Source: a virus
Taxonomy: Duplodnaviria > Caudoviricetes
DNA: 29,868 bases
Strand: one strand, 5' to 3'
Virus record (IMG/VR): IMGVR_UViG_3300033417_000040
Location: 1 to 29,868 of that record
In this document: positions 16,926-24,350 of the stretch, in pieces
Position numbering within the stretch: the first letter of the stretch is position 1
Layout: every line of letters begins with the position of its first letter
Position numbers and translations under genes: made by a program
The notes under the pieces: generated by a model
What the model was told of the DNA's origin: nothing
What the model saw: the letters and a program-made list of their open reading frames with translations, nothing else
The model's database searches: none

Positions 16926-16985
16926 ATGACCGGACGAGCGAGCCCAACGCGCTATGCGTTGGGCGTAGCAGGTAGACCTTAAATG
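16926..16985 (+). repeat. Conserved leader repeat copy 1 (mini-ORF + hairpin + RBS)
   Basis: ATGACCGGACGAGCGAGC-CCAACGCGCTATGCGTTGG-GCGTAGCAGGTAGACCTTAA-ATG; matches copies at 19660, 27540 and 27587. Confidence 0.9.
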
Positions 16986-17303
16986 CGCGCCAACGCCTTT
17001 CGCTACGACCGGCGCCTAACGATTCAGACCGCGACAGTCGCCCGCAACGACCTCGGCGAGGCGGTAAAAACATGGGCCACGTATACGGAAGTCTGGGCGC
17101 GTCGCATGCCGCAGCGCGGGCATGAACTCTACGCGGCGCAGCAAGTCGTGCCGCAGGCCGAGAATCGATACCGAGTGCGCTGGCGCGGCGATCTTAACGA
17201 AAGCATGCGCTTCGTCGACGACGACGTGACTTACGGCATCCAGCACATCGCCGAAATCGGGCGGCGCGACGAACTTGAAATTACCGCGCAGAAACCGGAA
17301 TAG
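16983..17303 (+). CDS. Head closure / head-tail adaptor (SPP1 gp16-like)
   Basis: RRLTIQ...NDLGEAVKTWATYTEVWA...RYRVRWRGDLNESMRF...YGIQHI. Confidence 0.9.
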   Translation: MRANAFRYDRRLTIQTATVARNDLGEAVKTWATYTEVWARRMPQRGHELYAAQQVVPQAENRYRVRWRGDLNESMRFVDDDVTYGIQHIAEIGRRDELEITAQKPE

Positions 17304-17345
17304 ATACATAACGGACGCGCCTGGACACTGGCGGACAATGTGTCA

Positions 17346-17384
17346 TATGTCAATTTGACATAGCCAAGCAGGCAACGGTACGAT
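17346..17384 (+). promoter_or_regulatory. Moron sigma70 promoter with overlapping palindromic operator
   Basis: TTGACA 17355-17360, 18 bp, TACGAT 17379-17384; palindrome TATGTCAA-T-TTGACATA at 17346-17362 covers the -35. Confidence 0.8.
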
Positions 17385-17414
17385 ACGGCCTCCAAAACTG
17401 GAGGACGGTTACCA

Positions 17415-17954
17415 ATGGCAATGCGCGAAGTTACCTTTCGGGTGGTGGGTGAGACGCCGCTGCTTACGCACAACCCCATGTCGATGGGTGTGAAGGAAGA
17501 AGGAAAGGGCAGCAAGATTCCGACGCCGGAAGTCGAGGCGGAGCGCGGTGTGTATCGAACCGCCGACGGGCAATATGCGTTGCCAGGCTTGGCGTTCCGG
17601 CAGTCGCTGCTAAAGGCGGCCGGTGCATGGAAGGACAAGCGCTCGACGCTGAAGTCGAAGCTCTCGCACATTGAAGTCACCCAAGAGCTGGTGCCGATAG
17701 AGACGGCCGACGGCAAGCCTGTCGAAGGTTACGAAATCGACGTGCGCCGGGCCGTGATACAAAAAAGCGGTATCCTGCGTGCCCGCCCCAAGTATGCAAG
17801 CTGGGCCGCGCGCGTTACCTTTAAATACGACAGCGACCTTTGCACTGAGGAGCAGATCGGGCCGGTGTTGGCGGATGCGGGCAGCCGCATTGGTGTTGGG
17901 GATTATCGTCCGGAACGTGGTGGTTGGTTTGGCAGGTTTTCCGTTGTGAAATAA
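17415..17954 (+). CDS. Stand-alone Cas7/RAMP-like RNA-binding protein
   Basis: First strand FRVVGETPLLTH, YALPGLAFRQSLLKAA (cf. RAMP 'IPGSSLKGALR'), RARP..W...F, and C-terminal Gly-rich loop AGSRIGVGDYRPERGGWFGRFSV; GGAGG RBS; no other cas genes nearby. Confidence 0.8.
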   Translation: MAMREVTFRVVGETPLLTHNPMSMGVKEEGKGSKIPTPEVEAERGVYRTADGQYALPGLAFRQSLLKAAGAWKDKRSTLKSKLSHIEVTQELVPIETADGKPVEGYEIDVRRAVIQKSGILRARPKYASWAARVTFKYDSDLCTEEQIGPVLADAGSRIGVGDYRPERGGWFGRFSVVK

Positions 17955-17959
17955 ATCTT

Positions 17960-18042
17960 GGCGCGGCACGGCAGTGCGGGGCGCGGCGGGGCCCGGCAAG
18001 GCTAGGCACGGCGAGGCCCGGCCAGGCGAGGCAAGGCATGGT
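17960..18042 (+). ncRNA. GGY-NN pentamer array 1 (16 units; putative guide RNA)
   Basis: Period-5 GGC with variable NN: GC AC AG GG GC GG CC AA TA AC GA CC CA GA AA AT, then GGTTTTT; one TGC variant. RNA function is inferred. Confidence 0.75.
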
Positions 18043-18070
18043 TTTTAACGAACCAACGGAGAGCCAACAG

Positions 18071-18730
18071 ATGATTACCGAACTGAAATTGGAATTGCTG
18101 GTGCTAGACGAGCACCTTTACCCCCGCAACGGAATTAGCACCGAAACCGTGGGGATGCTGGTAGACGCCATCGAATCTGGCGCGGAGCTGCCGCCGATCT
18201 TGGTGGAGAATGGCACGCACCGTATTGTGGATGGTGCCCACCGCGCCGACGCGTACCGCAGGATGGGCCGGGAAACGATTCGCGCCGAGGTACGCAAGTT
18301 CGCGAACGACGCGGAGTTGCTGGCCGAAGCAATACGGATGAATCGGGCGCATGGCCGCCCGCTGGACCGCTACGACCTGACCAGCTGCATGCAGCGGCTC
18401 CAGGAAATGGGCTTTACCCGCGAGCGGATTTCGGAGGTGGTGCGCATGCCGGTCGACAAGCTCGCGCATTTTGCGAAGGGCTTTGCGAACACCGCCGCTG
18501 GTGAGGCGGTGCCGATCAAGCGCGGCCTAGAGCACCTGCGCGGCCAAACGTTGACGGCGCCTCAGATTCAGGCGGTGGAGAAATACGGCGGCATGCACGC
18601 CTCGTTCTATGCGAATCAGTTGCTTCTATTGCTCGAAAACAATATGTTGCGCGAAACGCCGCAACTGATCGAATCGATGGACCGGCTGTGCGCGCTTTGG
18701 GGCGCGAACCGGAGCAAGTCGGCGGCTTAA
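18071..18730 (+). CDS. ParB/Srx N-terminal domain protein (moron cargo)
   Basis: LYPR, LPPILV...IVDGAHRADAY, AIRMNRAHGRPL, and HTH-like FTRERISEVVRMP; GGAGA RBS before ATG 18071. Confidence 0.85.
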   Translation: MITELKLELLVLDEHLYPRNGISTETVGMLVDAIESGAELPPILVENGTHRIVDGAHRADAYRRMGRETIRAEVRKFANDAELLAEAIRMNRAHGRPLDRYDLTSCMQRLQEMGFTRERISEVVRMPVDKLAHFAKGFANTAAGEAVPIKRGLEHLRGQTLTAPQIQAVEKYGGMHASFYANQLLLLLENNMLRETPQLIESMDRLCALWGANRSKSAA

Positions 18731-18740
18731 AAATGTTCGT

Positions 18741-18823
18741 GGCATGGCGAGGCGAGGCAGGGCTCGGCACGGCTTGGCCTGGCATGGCCAGGCGAGGCCC
18801 GGCACGGCGAGGCAAGGCAGGGG
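18741..18823 (+). ncRNA. GGY-NN pentamer array 2 (16 units; putative guide RNA)
   Basis: 16 perfect GGC with NN: AT GA GA AG TC AC TT CT AT CA GA CC AC GA AA AG, then GGGTTTTT. Confidence 0.75.
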
Positions 18824-18830
18824 TTTTTGA

Positions 18831-19013
18831 TTGAGTCCAAAAGAACTAAAGAAGCTGCGCAAGAAATTAAAGCTATCGCTTCGCGACGTATCACAGCAGG
18901 CGCATGTAAGCGTGCGTACCTGGGCCCGGTACGAGGCAGGCGAGAGCGAGATACCGAATGCAGTGTTGCATTTGTTCTGTTTGCTGAATAAGGTTAAGTT
19001 TCCCCCGAAGTAG
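18831..19013 (+). CDS. XRE-family HTH protein
   Basis: SPKELKKLRKKLKLSLRDVSQQAHVSVRTWARYEAGESEIP; TTG start. Confidence 0.85.
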   Translation: MSPKELKKLRKKLKLSLRDVSQQAHVSVRTWARYEAGESEIPNAVLHLFCLLNKVKFPPK

Positions 19014-19023
19014 CATTACCCAT

Positions 19024-19106
19024 GGCGGGGCCGGGCGAGGCGGGGCAAGGCGAGGTCGGGCACGGCGTGGTCGGGCGGGGCTTGGCAAGGTAAGGCAAGG
19101 CAGGGT
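19024..19106 (+). ncRNA. GGY-NN pentamer array 3 (16 units; putative guide RNA)
   Basis: GGC/GGT with NN: GG CG GA GG AA GA CG AC GT CG GG TT AA AA AA AG, then GGTTCTT. Confidence 0.75.
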
Positions 19107-19116
19107 TCTTCTCTGA

Positions 19117-19148
19117 AGCTCAAGCGGTTTTTCCGCTTGGGCTTTTTT
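19117..19148 (+). terminator. Intrinsic terminator closing the moron
   Basis: AGCTCAAGCGG-TTTTT-CCGCTTGGGCT followed by TTTTT. Confidence 0.85.
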
Positions 19149-19180
19149 ATTTGCTATTGGGGGCTGCGGAGGTCGCTTAC

Positions 19181-19660
19181 ATGAAAGTGGGTATCGGCTT
19201 GCGTGGGTTGGAAGAAACCGTTAGAGGTTTCCGCAACCTGGGCGAGGCGTCGCAGTTTCGTATCACGCGCAACGCGGCGCGCGCCGGCGCGACCACGGTG
19301 CGCGCGGCGTTGAAGAAAGCGGCGCCGCGCGGAACGGCTGGCGCGCAAAGTGTCGCGAGCAGCCAATACGGAACGCTGCGTAAGAATATCGCCACGTCGC
19401 AATTACGCGCGGGCGGAAAATTTTTGCCGTATTACAAAGTCACGACCGGCGATGCCTTTTGGGGCGGATTTCTCGAAAGCGGAACGGGTCGGTACAACAT
19501 CGACCCCGGTCCGAAAGCGAAAGGCGCCGGCGCGCGCACGCATATCCTGCCGACGTTCTGGTTCAGCCAGGCCGTGGAAAGAATCCGACCGCAGGTGATC
19601 ACGGCGATGGTGGCGAATATGCGGCGCTCGATCGTACGCGAGTTCGCGAAGATCAAATAA
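19181..19660 (+). CDS. HK97 gp10-family tail-completion/neck protein
   Basis: GLRGLEET, AARAGA...KAAP, GTLRKNI, AFWGGFLESGT; GGAGG RBS. Confidence 0.85.
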   Translation: MKVGIGLRGLEETVRGFRNLGEASQFRITRNAARAGATTVRAALKKAAPRGTAGAQSVASSQYGTLRKNIATSQLRAGGKFLPYYKVTTGDAFWGGFLESGTGRYNIDPGPKAKGAGARTHILPTFWFSQAVERIRPQVITAMVANMRRSIVREFAKIK

Positions 19661-19707
19661 TGACCGGACGAGCGAGCGCAACGCGCGTAGCAGGGAGACC
19701 TTAAATG
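19660..19707 (+). repeat. Conserved leader repeat copy 2
   Basis: ATGACCGGACGAGCGAGC-GCAACGC-GCGTAGCAGGGAGACCTTAA-ATG. Confidence 0.9.
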
Positions 19708-20082
19708 AGCGCCGAATCCGATCTGGTCGCCGCGCTCGAAGGCGACAGCGCGATCACCGGTTCGGTCGGCGACCGCATCTATCTCTTCGAGGCGGTGCAG
19801 GAAGATCTGGCGCTGCCGTATATCGCCTACGAGGTGGTCAATTCGGTTCCGGTCGAATCGCCGGAAGATGGCCAAGAGACCAACGACACCGTGATCGATG
19901 TCGCCAGCTACGCGGCGACGCTGACCGAGGCGAAAACGCTGGCGGCTCTCGTGCGCAGCGCGTTGATCGGGCTGCTTAACGCGGCCGTGATCGAAAACAC
20001 CCAGGACCAGCGCGATCGCGATACGCGCCGGTACGCCGTGGTTCAAACCTATCGCCTATGGCATGAGGAGGTCTTTCCATGA
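19705..20082 (+). CDS. Tail terminator (DUF3168-like)
   Basis: VGDRIY, LPYIAYEVV, IDVASYA...AKTLAALVRSAL. Confidence 0.85.
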   Translation: MSAESDLVAALEGDSAITGSVGDRIYLFEAVQEDLALPYIAYEVVNSVPVESPEDGQETNDTVIDVASYAATLTEAKTLAALVRSALIGLLNAAVIENTQDQRDRDTRRYAVVQTYRLWHEEVFP

Positions 20083-20486
20083 CCGCATTAGTCGGCCGCA
20101 AGGTTTTTATCCGTAAGGGCAGCGGCTCGCCGCAAGTCCTGCTCGCGGCTGGGCGCAATAAATCGCTCAGCATGAACGGCACGCCGATCGCCATCACCAG
20201 CGACGACGACAGCGGCTACCGCACGCTGATCGAGGCCGATGCCGGCGAGCAGTCGCTCGACATGACGTTCGAGGGGATCACGAAGGATTCGCAGTTTCTG
20301 AACGATCTCGCCGCGGGTAATTTTGTAGACGACTACGAAATCGAGATCGAGGGAATCTGCGTGATCAACGGCCGGTTCTTTCTGACCGCGGTCGAGATCA
20401 GCGCGCCGTACAACGAGGCCACGACATTTTCGACGCAGTTTCAATCGACCGGAACCTTCACCGTCGAGAACGTGGATAGCCCGTAA
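20079..20486 (+). CDS. Major tail tube protein (GTA/TP901-1-like)
   Basis: GRKVFI, RNKSLSMNGTPIAITSDDDSGYRTLI, APYNEATTFSTQFQSTG. Confidence 0.88.
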   Translation: MTALVGRKVFIRKGSGSPQVLLAAGRNKSLSMNGTPIAITSDDDSGYRTLIEADAGEQSLDMTFEGITKDSQFLNDLAAGNFVDDYEIEIEGICVINGRFFLTAVEISAPYNEATTFSTQFQSTGTFTVENVDSP

Positions 20487-20888
20487 ATGGAAACGCTTTC
20501 GCTGATCTGGCGCGGCGCCACGGTCGAGTTTAAGCCGTCGTTCGATCTTTTCCTGCGCATCGAGGAAAAGGTCAGCTTCGCGCGCCTCACCGAAGAGATC
20601 AGTAAAGCCGGCCAAGGCAACACGGCCGAACTCGCCATGTCGCATGTCGCGTGGGTGTTGTATTGCTGCCTGCGCCATGCCGGCGCGGCCGTGCGCACGC
20701 CGATGGAAGTGCACCAGGCCTTGTTCGACGGTGCCGGCACCATCGACCACGGGGGTATCTTGGCCGGGCTGATCGTTGCGTACTACGGTTCGCAACCGGA
20801 AAAGATGCCAAAAAAAAAGCCGGCAGCGAACCCGACGCCCTCGCCCCGGTTAAACCGCAAATCGAGGAACGCTACCGTCTCGCCGTAG
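20487..20888 (+). CDS. Tail assembly chaperone (G-like)
   Basis: Lies between tail tube and tape measure; slippery A-run near its 3' end. Confidence 0.8.
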   Translation: METLSLIWRGATVEFKPSFDLFLRIEEKVSFARLTEEISKAGQGNTAELAMSHVAWVLYCCLRHAGAAVRTPMEVHQALFDGAGTIDHGGILAGLIVAYYGSQPEKMPKKKPAANPTPSPRLNRKSRNATVSP

Positions 20889-21031
20889 GATCCTGGGGCA
20901 TCGCGCCGTCGGAGTTCTGGCGCATGCACCCGCAGGAGTGGTGGTACGTCTACGACGCGCGCATCGGCGAACCGAAGGTCGGTCCATTCACGGAATCGGA
21001 GGCGGACGAGCTGTATCTGACGCTGCATTGA
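20810..21031 (+). CDS. Tail assembly chaperone GT extension via -1 frameshift
   Basis: A9G at 20810-20819 gives A-AAA-AAG in frame. The -1 frame encodes WGIAPSEFWRMHPQEW, a typical TAC motif, and stops at 21031. Confidence 0.8.
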   Translation, partial: KKKAGSEPDALAPVKPQIEERYRLAVGSWGIAPSEFWRMHPQEWWYVYDARIGEPKVGPFTESEADELYLTLH

Positions 21032-21035
21032 GAAT

Positions 21036-21578
21036 ATGGCCAAACGTCAACCCGAAATCTGGAAAACAGTGCCTGGCTGGGAGTGCTTTTACGAGGTGAG
21101 TAATAGCGGCCGCATACGTTCGCTTGACCGTGTCGTTCCTGGGAAATTTGGTCGCCCGATGCGCAAATTCGGCAAGGTGTTGAGACCGGGCCACGATAAG
21201 GACGGTTACGAGCGCGTCGTTCTCGTCAGCGCCGGCGAACGCCGGGAATGGCGGGTTCACGCTTTAGTATTGCGCGCTTTCGTTGGCCCAAAACCGGTTG
21301 ATATGGAAAGTTGTCATAACGACGGAAATAAAAGCAACAACGCACTAAGTAACCTCCGCTACGACACGCAATCAGGAAACTATGCAGACCGGCATAAGCA
21401 CGGTACTGCAAGCACGGGTGTTAGTAACGGTCGTTGCAAACTCACCGAGCAGGAGGTGCGACGTATCCGCGCCATGCGCGGCGTTGTCTCGACGGTTGAG
21501 CTCGGCAAGAAATATCGGATTGTCAGTAGCGTGGTGAGCGCAATTCAGCGTCGCGAGATCTGGCGGAGCATCGAATAA
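21036..21578 (+). CDS. NUMOD4-HNH homing endonuclease
   Basis: EIWKTVPGWECFYEVSNSGRIRSLDR (NUMOD4), VHALVLRAFVGP...CHNDGNKSNNALSNLRY (HNH), C-terminal HTH. Confidence 0.92.
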   Translation: MAKRQPEIWKTVPGWECFYEVSNSGRIRSLDRVVPGKFGRPMRKFGKVLRPGHDKDGYERVVLVSAGERREWRVHALVLRAFVGPKPVDMESCHNDGNKSNNALSNLRYDTQSGNYADRHKHGTASTGVSNGRCKLTEQEVRRIRAMRGVVSTVELGKKYRIVSSVVSAIQRREIWRSIE

Positions 21579-23506
21579 TGGCGACGCTATCCGTCTTGAT
21601 TGGTGGAGACGACCGCGAGCTGCAAGCGGCGTTGCGCCGCGCGCAGAGCGGCATGCGCAAATTCGGAGCCGAAGCAAAGGCGATGGCCGGCGGCGCCGCC
21701 GTGGTCGCCGCGGCGGCCATCGCCGCCGCCACCGCGATGGCGGTGCATCTGGTGGCTCAGTCAATGAAAGCCATCGACGCCCAGGCCAAGATGGCGGGGG
21801 CGCTCAACACCAGCGTGGCCTCGCTGGCTGCCCTCGAGCGCGCGGCCGATCTCGACGGCGTGAGCGTGCAGCAGCTCGAAACCGGCATGCGCAAACTCGC
21901 CACGGTATTGGGCGAAGCCGCGCAAGGCACCGGCACGGCGGTGGATTCGCTGAAGCGCCTGCATGTGACGGCGGCAGAACTTGCCGCGCTGCCGGTCGAT
22001 CAACGCATCGCGCTGATCAACCAGCGTATCGCGGAAAACATTCCGCTCGCCGAACAGGCCGCGGTGTCGGCGGATTTCTTCGGCGAGCGCGCGGGGCTCG
22101 CCATGCGCAATCTCTCGCCCGAGACGATCAAGGAGGCCACCGAACAAACGAAGCTCTTCGGCCATGCGCTGTCGGATGTCGACGCGAAGAAAGTCGAGAT
22201 GGCGAACGATTCGATCTCGACCGTCGGCTTCGCCGTGGACGGGCTGTGGAAGCAGATATCCGTCAAGCTCGCGCCGATCATCGGTAAAATCGGCGAGGAG
22301 TTTATGAAAGCCGCCGAAGAAGCCGGCGGCATGGAAAAGATCGCGCTTCGCGTTTTCGACAATATCGTTACCGCTGCCGGTTTTGTCGTGGATTCGGTCG
22401 ATTTTATTGGGCGGCGATTTTCAATGCTGGCCGATTTACTCATCATCGCGAAGAGCCGCGCCGATACCGCGAACGAAGCGCTGATGGGTCAGGTGGAGAG
22501 TACCTCGACCGCGACCGGCGCCGTGGATCAATTAATTGGAGCGCTGACCGGCCAAGTCGCGGTGACGGGGGAAAGCGCGCGCAAAACCAAAGAGGCGGAG
22601 AGCGTCATCACGCAAGCCTGGGAACATATCCAAGAAACGTTGATGAAGCCTCTGCCATCGGAGGCTCTGAAACAATTCGTCAGGGATGCCGAGGAAGCCG
22701 CGACAAAGGCGGCCGATGCCGCGCTCGCCGGTAGACAAAAGAAAGGCGCCGGCGGTGAAACGGATGGATTAAACAAAAAAGAACGCGACGCGCTGCAGAA
22801 GAAACTCGATAGTCTGCGCGATCAATTCAAGGCCGAGGATGAGCTGCTGTTCGATCGGCGCGAGAAGGAACTCGAGGATATCGTCGAGTTCGAGAAAAAG
22901 AAACTCATCACCGCCGAGGAAGCGGCGCTACTTCGCGAGGACATCGAGCAGGCGCACTGGGAGCGCATCGGCGACATACATCAGAAAGCGTCGGATGCCG
23001 CGATCGCGCTGGAGAAGGCCAAGAACGCGGCGCTGAAAGCGGCGCAGGATTCTTTTTTCAACAACATGGCCGGCTTGATGAACACGGAAAGCCGGAAGCT
23101 CTTCGATATCGGAAAAATTGCGGCGATCAGCCAGGCCGCGATCAAAACAACGCAAGCCGTGATCGACGCCTGGCAAGCCGGTATGAGCGTCGGCGGGCCG
23201 TGGGCGCCGGCGGTCGCCGCGGCGTATGCCACGGCGGCGGCGCTGAACGGCGCGAACCTGATCAACAATATCCGCAAGCAGCAGTTCGGCGGCGGTGGCG
23301 GCGCGCCGACCGCGCCGACGCAAGGCTCGAGCGGTATCTCCCCGCAAGGCGCCGGCGGCGGGTCAATCGGTGCCGCCGCGGGCGGCGGCGGGCAATCGAC
23401 CGTGATCAACCTCCAGGGTGAGTTCTTCAGCCGCGACACGCTGCGAAAATTCATCGAAAGCCTGAACGAGGAAGGCAGCGACGGCGCGCGGTTTATTCTG
23501 GCATGA
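21578..23506 (+). CDS. Tail tape measure protein
   Basis: 642 aa, Ala-rich helical protein, ATLSVLIGGD N-terminus, follows the chaperones. Confidence 0.9.
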   Translation: MATLSVLIGGDDRELQAALRRAQSGMRKFGAEAKAMAGGAAVVAAAAIAAATAMAVHLVAQSMKAIDAQAKMAGALNTSVASLAALERAADLDGVSVQQLETGMRKLATVLGEAAQGTGTAVDSLKRLHVTAAELAALPVDQRIALINQRIAENIPLAEQAAVSADFFGERAGLAMRNLSPETIKEATEQTKLFGHALSDVDAKKVEMANDSISTVGFAVDGLWKQISVKLAPIIGKIGEEFMKAAEEAGGMEKIALRVFDNIVTAAGFVVDSVDFIGRRFSMLADLLIIAKSRADTANEALMGQVESTSTATGAVDQLIGALTGQVAVTGESARKTKEAESVITQAWEHIQETLMKPLPSEALKQFVRDAEEAATKAADAALAGRQKKGAGGETDGLNKKERDALQKKLDSLRDQFKAEDELLFDRREKELEDIVEFEKKKLITAEEAALLREDIEQAHWERIGDIHQKASDAAIALEKAKNAALKAAQDSFFNNMAGLMNTESRKLFDIGKIAAISQAAIKTTQAVIDAWQAGMSVGGPWAPAVAAAYATAAALNGANLINNIRKQQFGGGGGAPTAPTQGSSGISPQGAGGGSIGAAAGGGGQSTVINLQGEFFSRDTLRKFIESLNEEGSDGARFILA

Positions 23507-24342
23507 GCATTATTTTCACGCAGAGTTACCTCGCCGCCGCGGCGGCGAGCGCGACGCCGCTGACGCACGCGCGGATAGGCTATCAGACGTGGACGCGCGA
23601 TCTCGCCGTATCCTCGGTCTCGGTCAGCAGCGAGGAAGCGGACGCGCCGGGCGATGCGCCGCTGCGCCCGGACACCTACGAATTCTGGCAAGCGCAATCG
23701 CTGCCGGCGACGTGGCGCGTCGATCTCGGCACCGCCCGCGATGTCGATTATGTCGGCATCGCCGGCCATACCATCGGCACCAAGGGCGCCTCGGTGGTGG
23801 CGGAGTACAGCACCAACGATGCCGACTGGACCGAATTCGTTCCCGGCACCGCGCCCGGCACGGATGCGCCGATCCTGTTTCTCGGCGATTCCGTGTTCGC
23901 GCGCTATTGGCGGCTCAGTGTCGACGGGGTCGATTCGCCGGGCGACCCGCCGCAGATCGCCGTGGTGCATGTCGGCCAGGTGCTGGCGATGCAGCGCATG
24001 ATCTACGGCGGGCATGTGCCGATTACGCTCGCGCGCGAGACAGTGCTGAAGCGCGCGATGAGCCGCGGCGGCCGGTTTCTCGGCCAGAACATTCGCCGCC
24101 AAGGCGTTATGACCGATGCGGCGTTTCGCAACCTTACGCCCGACTGGTATCGCGATAACTTCGATCCGTTCGTAAAGAGCGCGCGGCGCTACCCGTTTTT
24201 CTTCGGCTGGCGCCCGGCGCTGTACCCGGCCGAGATCGCCTACGCCTGGGCGGCGAACGACATCGCGCCGTCGAACATGGGCACCGGCCAGGGCCTGATG
24301 CAGGTCTCGTTCGGCATGCGCGGGATAGGTTATACGGATTGA
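23503..24342 (+). CDS. Distal tail / tail-tip protein
   Basis: Follows the tape measure gene; galactose-binding-like segment (WRVDLGTARDVDYVGIAGH, ARYWRL). Confidence 0.65.
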   Translation: MSIIFTQSYLAAAAASATPLTHARIGYQTWTRDLAVSSVSVSSEEADAPGDAPLRPDTYEFWQAQSLPATWRVDLGTARDVDYVGIAGHTIGTKGASVVAEYSTNDADWTEFVPGTAPGTDAPILFLGDSVFARYWRLSVDGVDSPGDPPQIAVVHVGQVLAMQRMIYGGHVPITLARETVLKRAMSRGGRFLGQNIRRQGVMTDAAFRNLTPDWYRDNFDPFVKSARRYPFFFGWRPALYPAEIAYAWAANDIAPSNMGTGQGLMQVSFGMRGIGYTD

Positions 24343-24350
24343 CTTGAACG

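Noticed and set aside
17924-18070. N-terminal extension of the ParB-like ORF through array 1, and antisense ORFs over the arrays (17821-18039, 18516-18815, 18626-18862, 18891-19088)
   Set aside because: These low-complexity ARQG/PCLA peptides arise because the repeat lacks stop codons; a good RBS and ATG exist at 18071.
18741-18823. Simple microsatellite or G-quadruplex as the sole explanation of the arrays
   Set aside because: Constant unit number, a conserved 3' end and high NN diversity do not fit slippage repeats. Two-tier G4 folding is possible but explains neither those features nor the adjacent RAMP gene.
17960-19106. Classical CRISPR array or TIGR array
   Set aside because: There are no 23-47-nt direct repeats with unique spacers, no 36-nt box C/D units, and no cas1/cas2 or Nop-domain gene; the periodicity is 5 nt.
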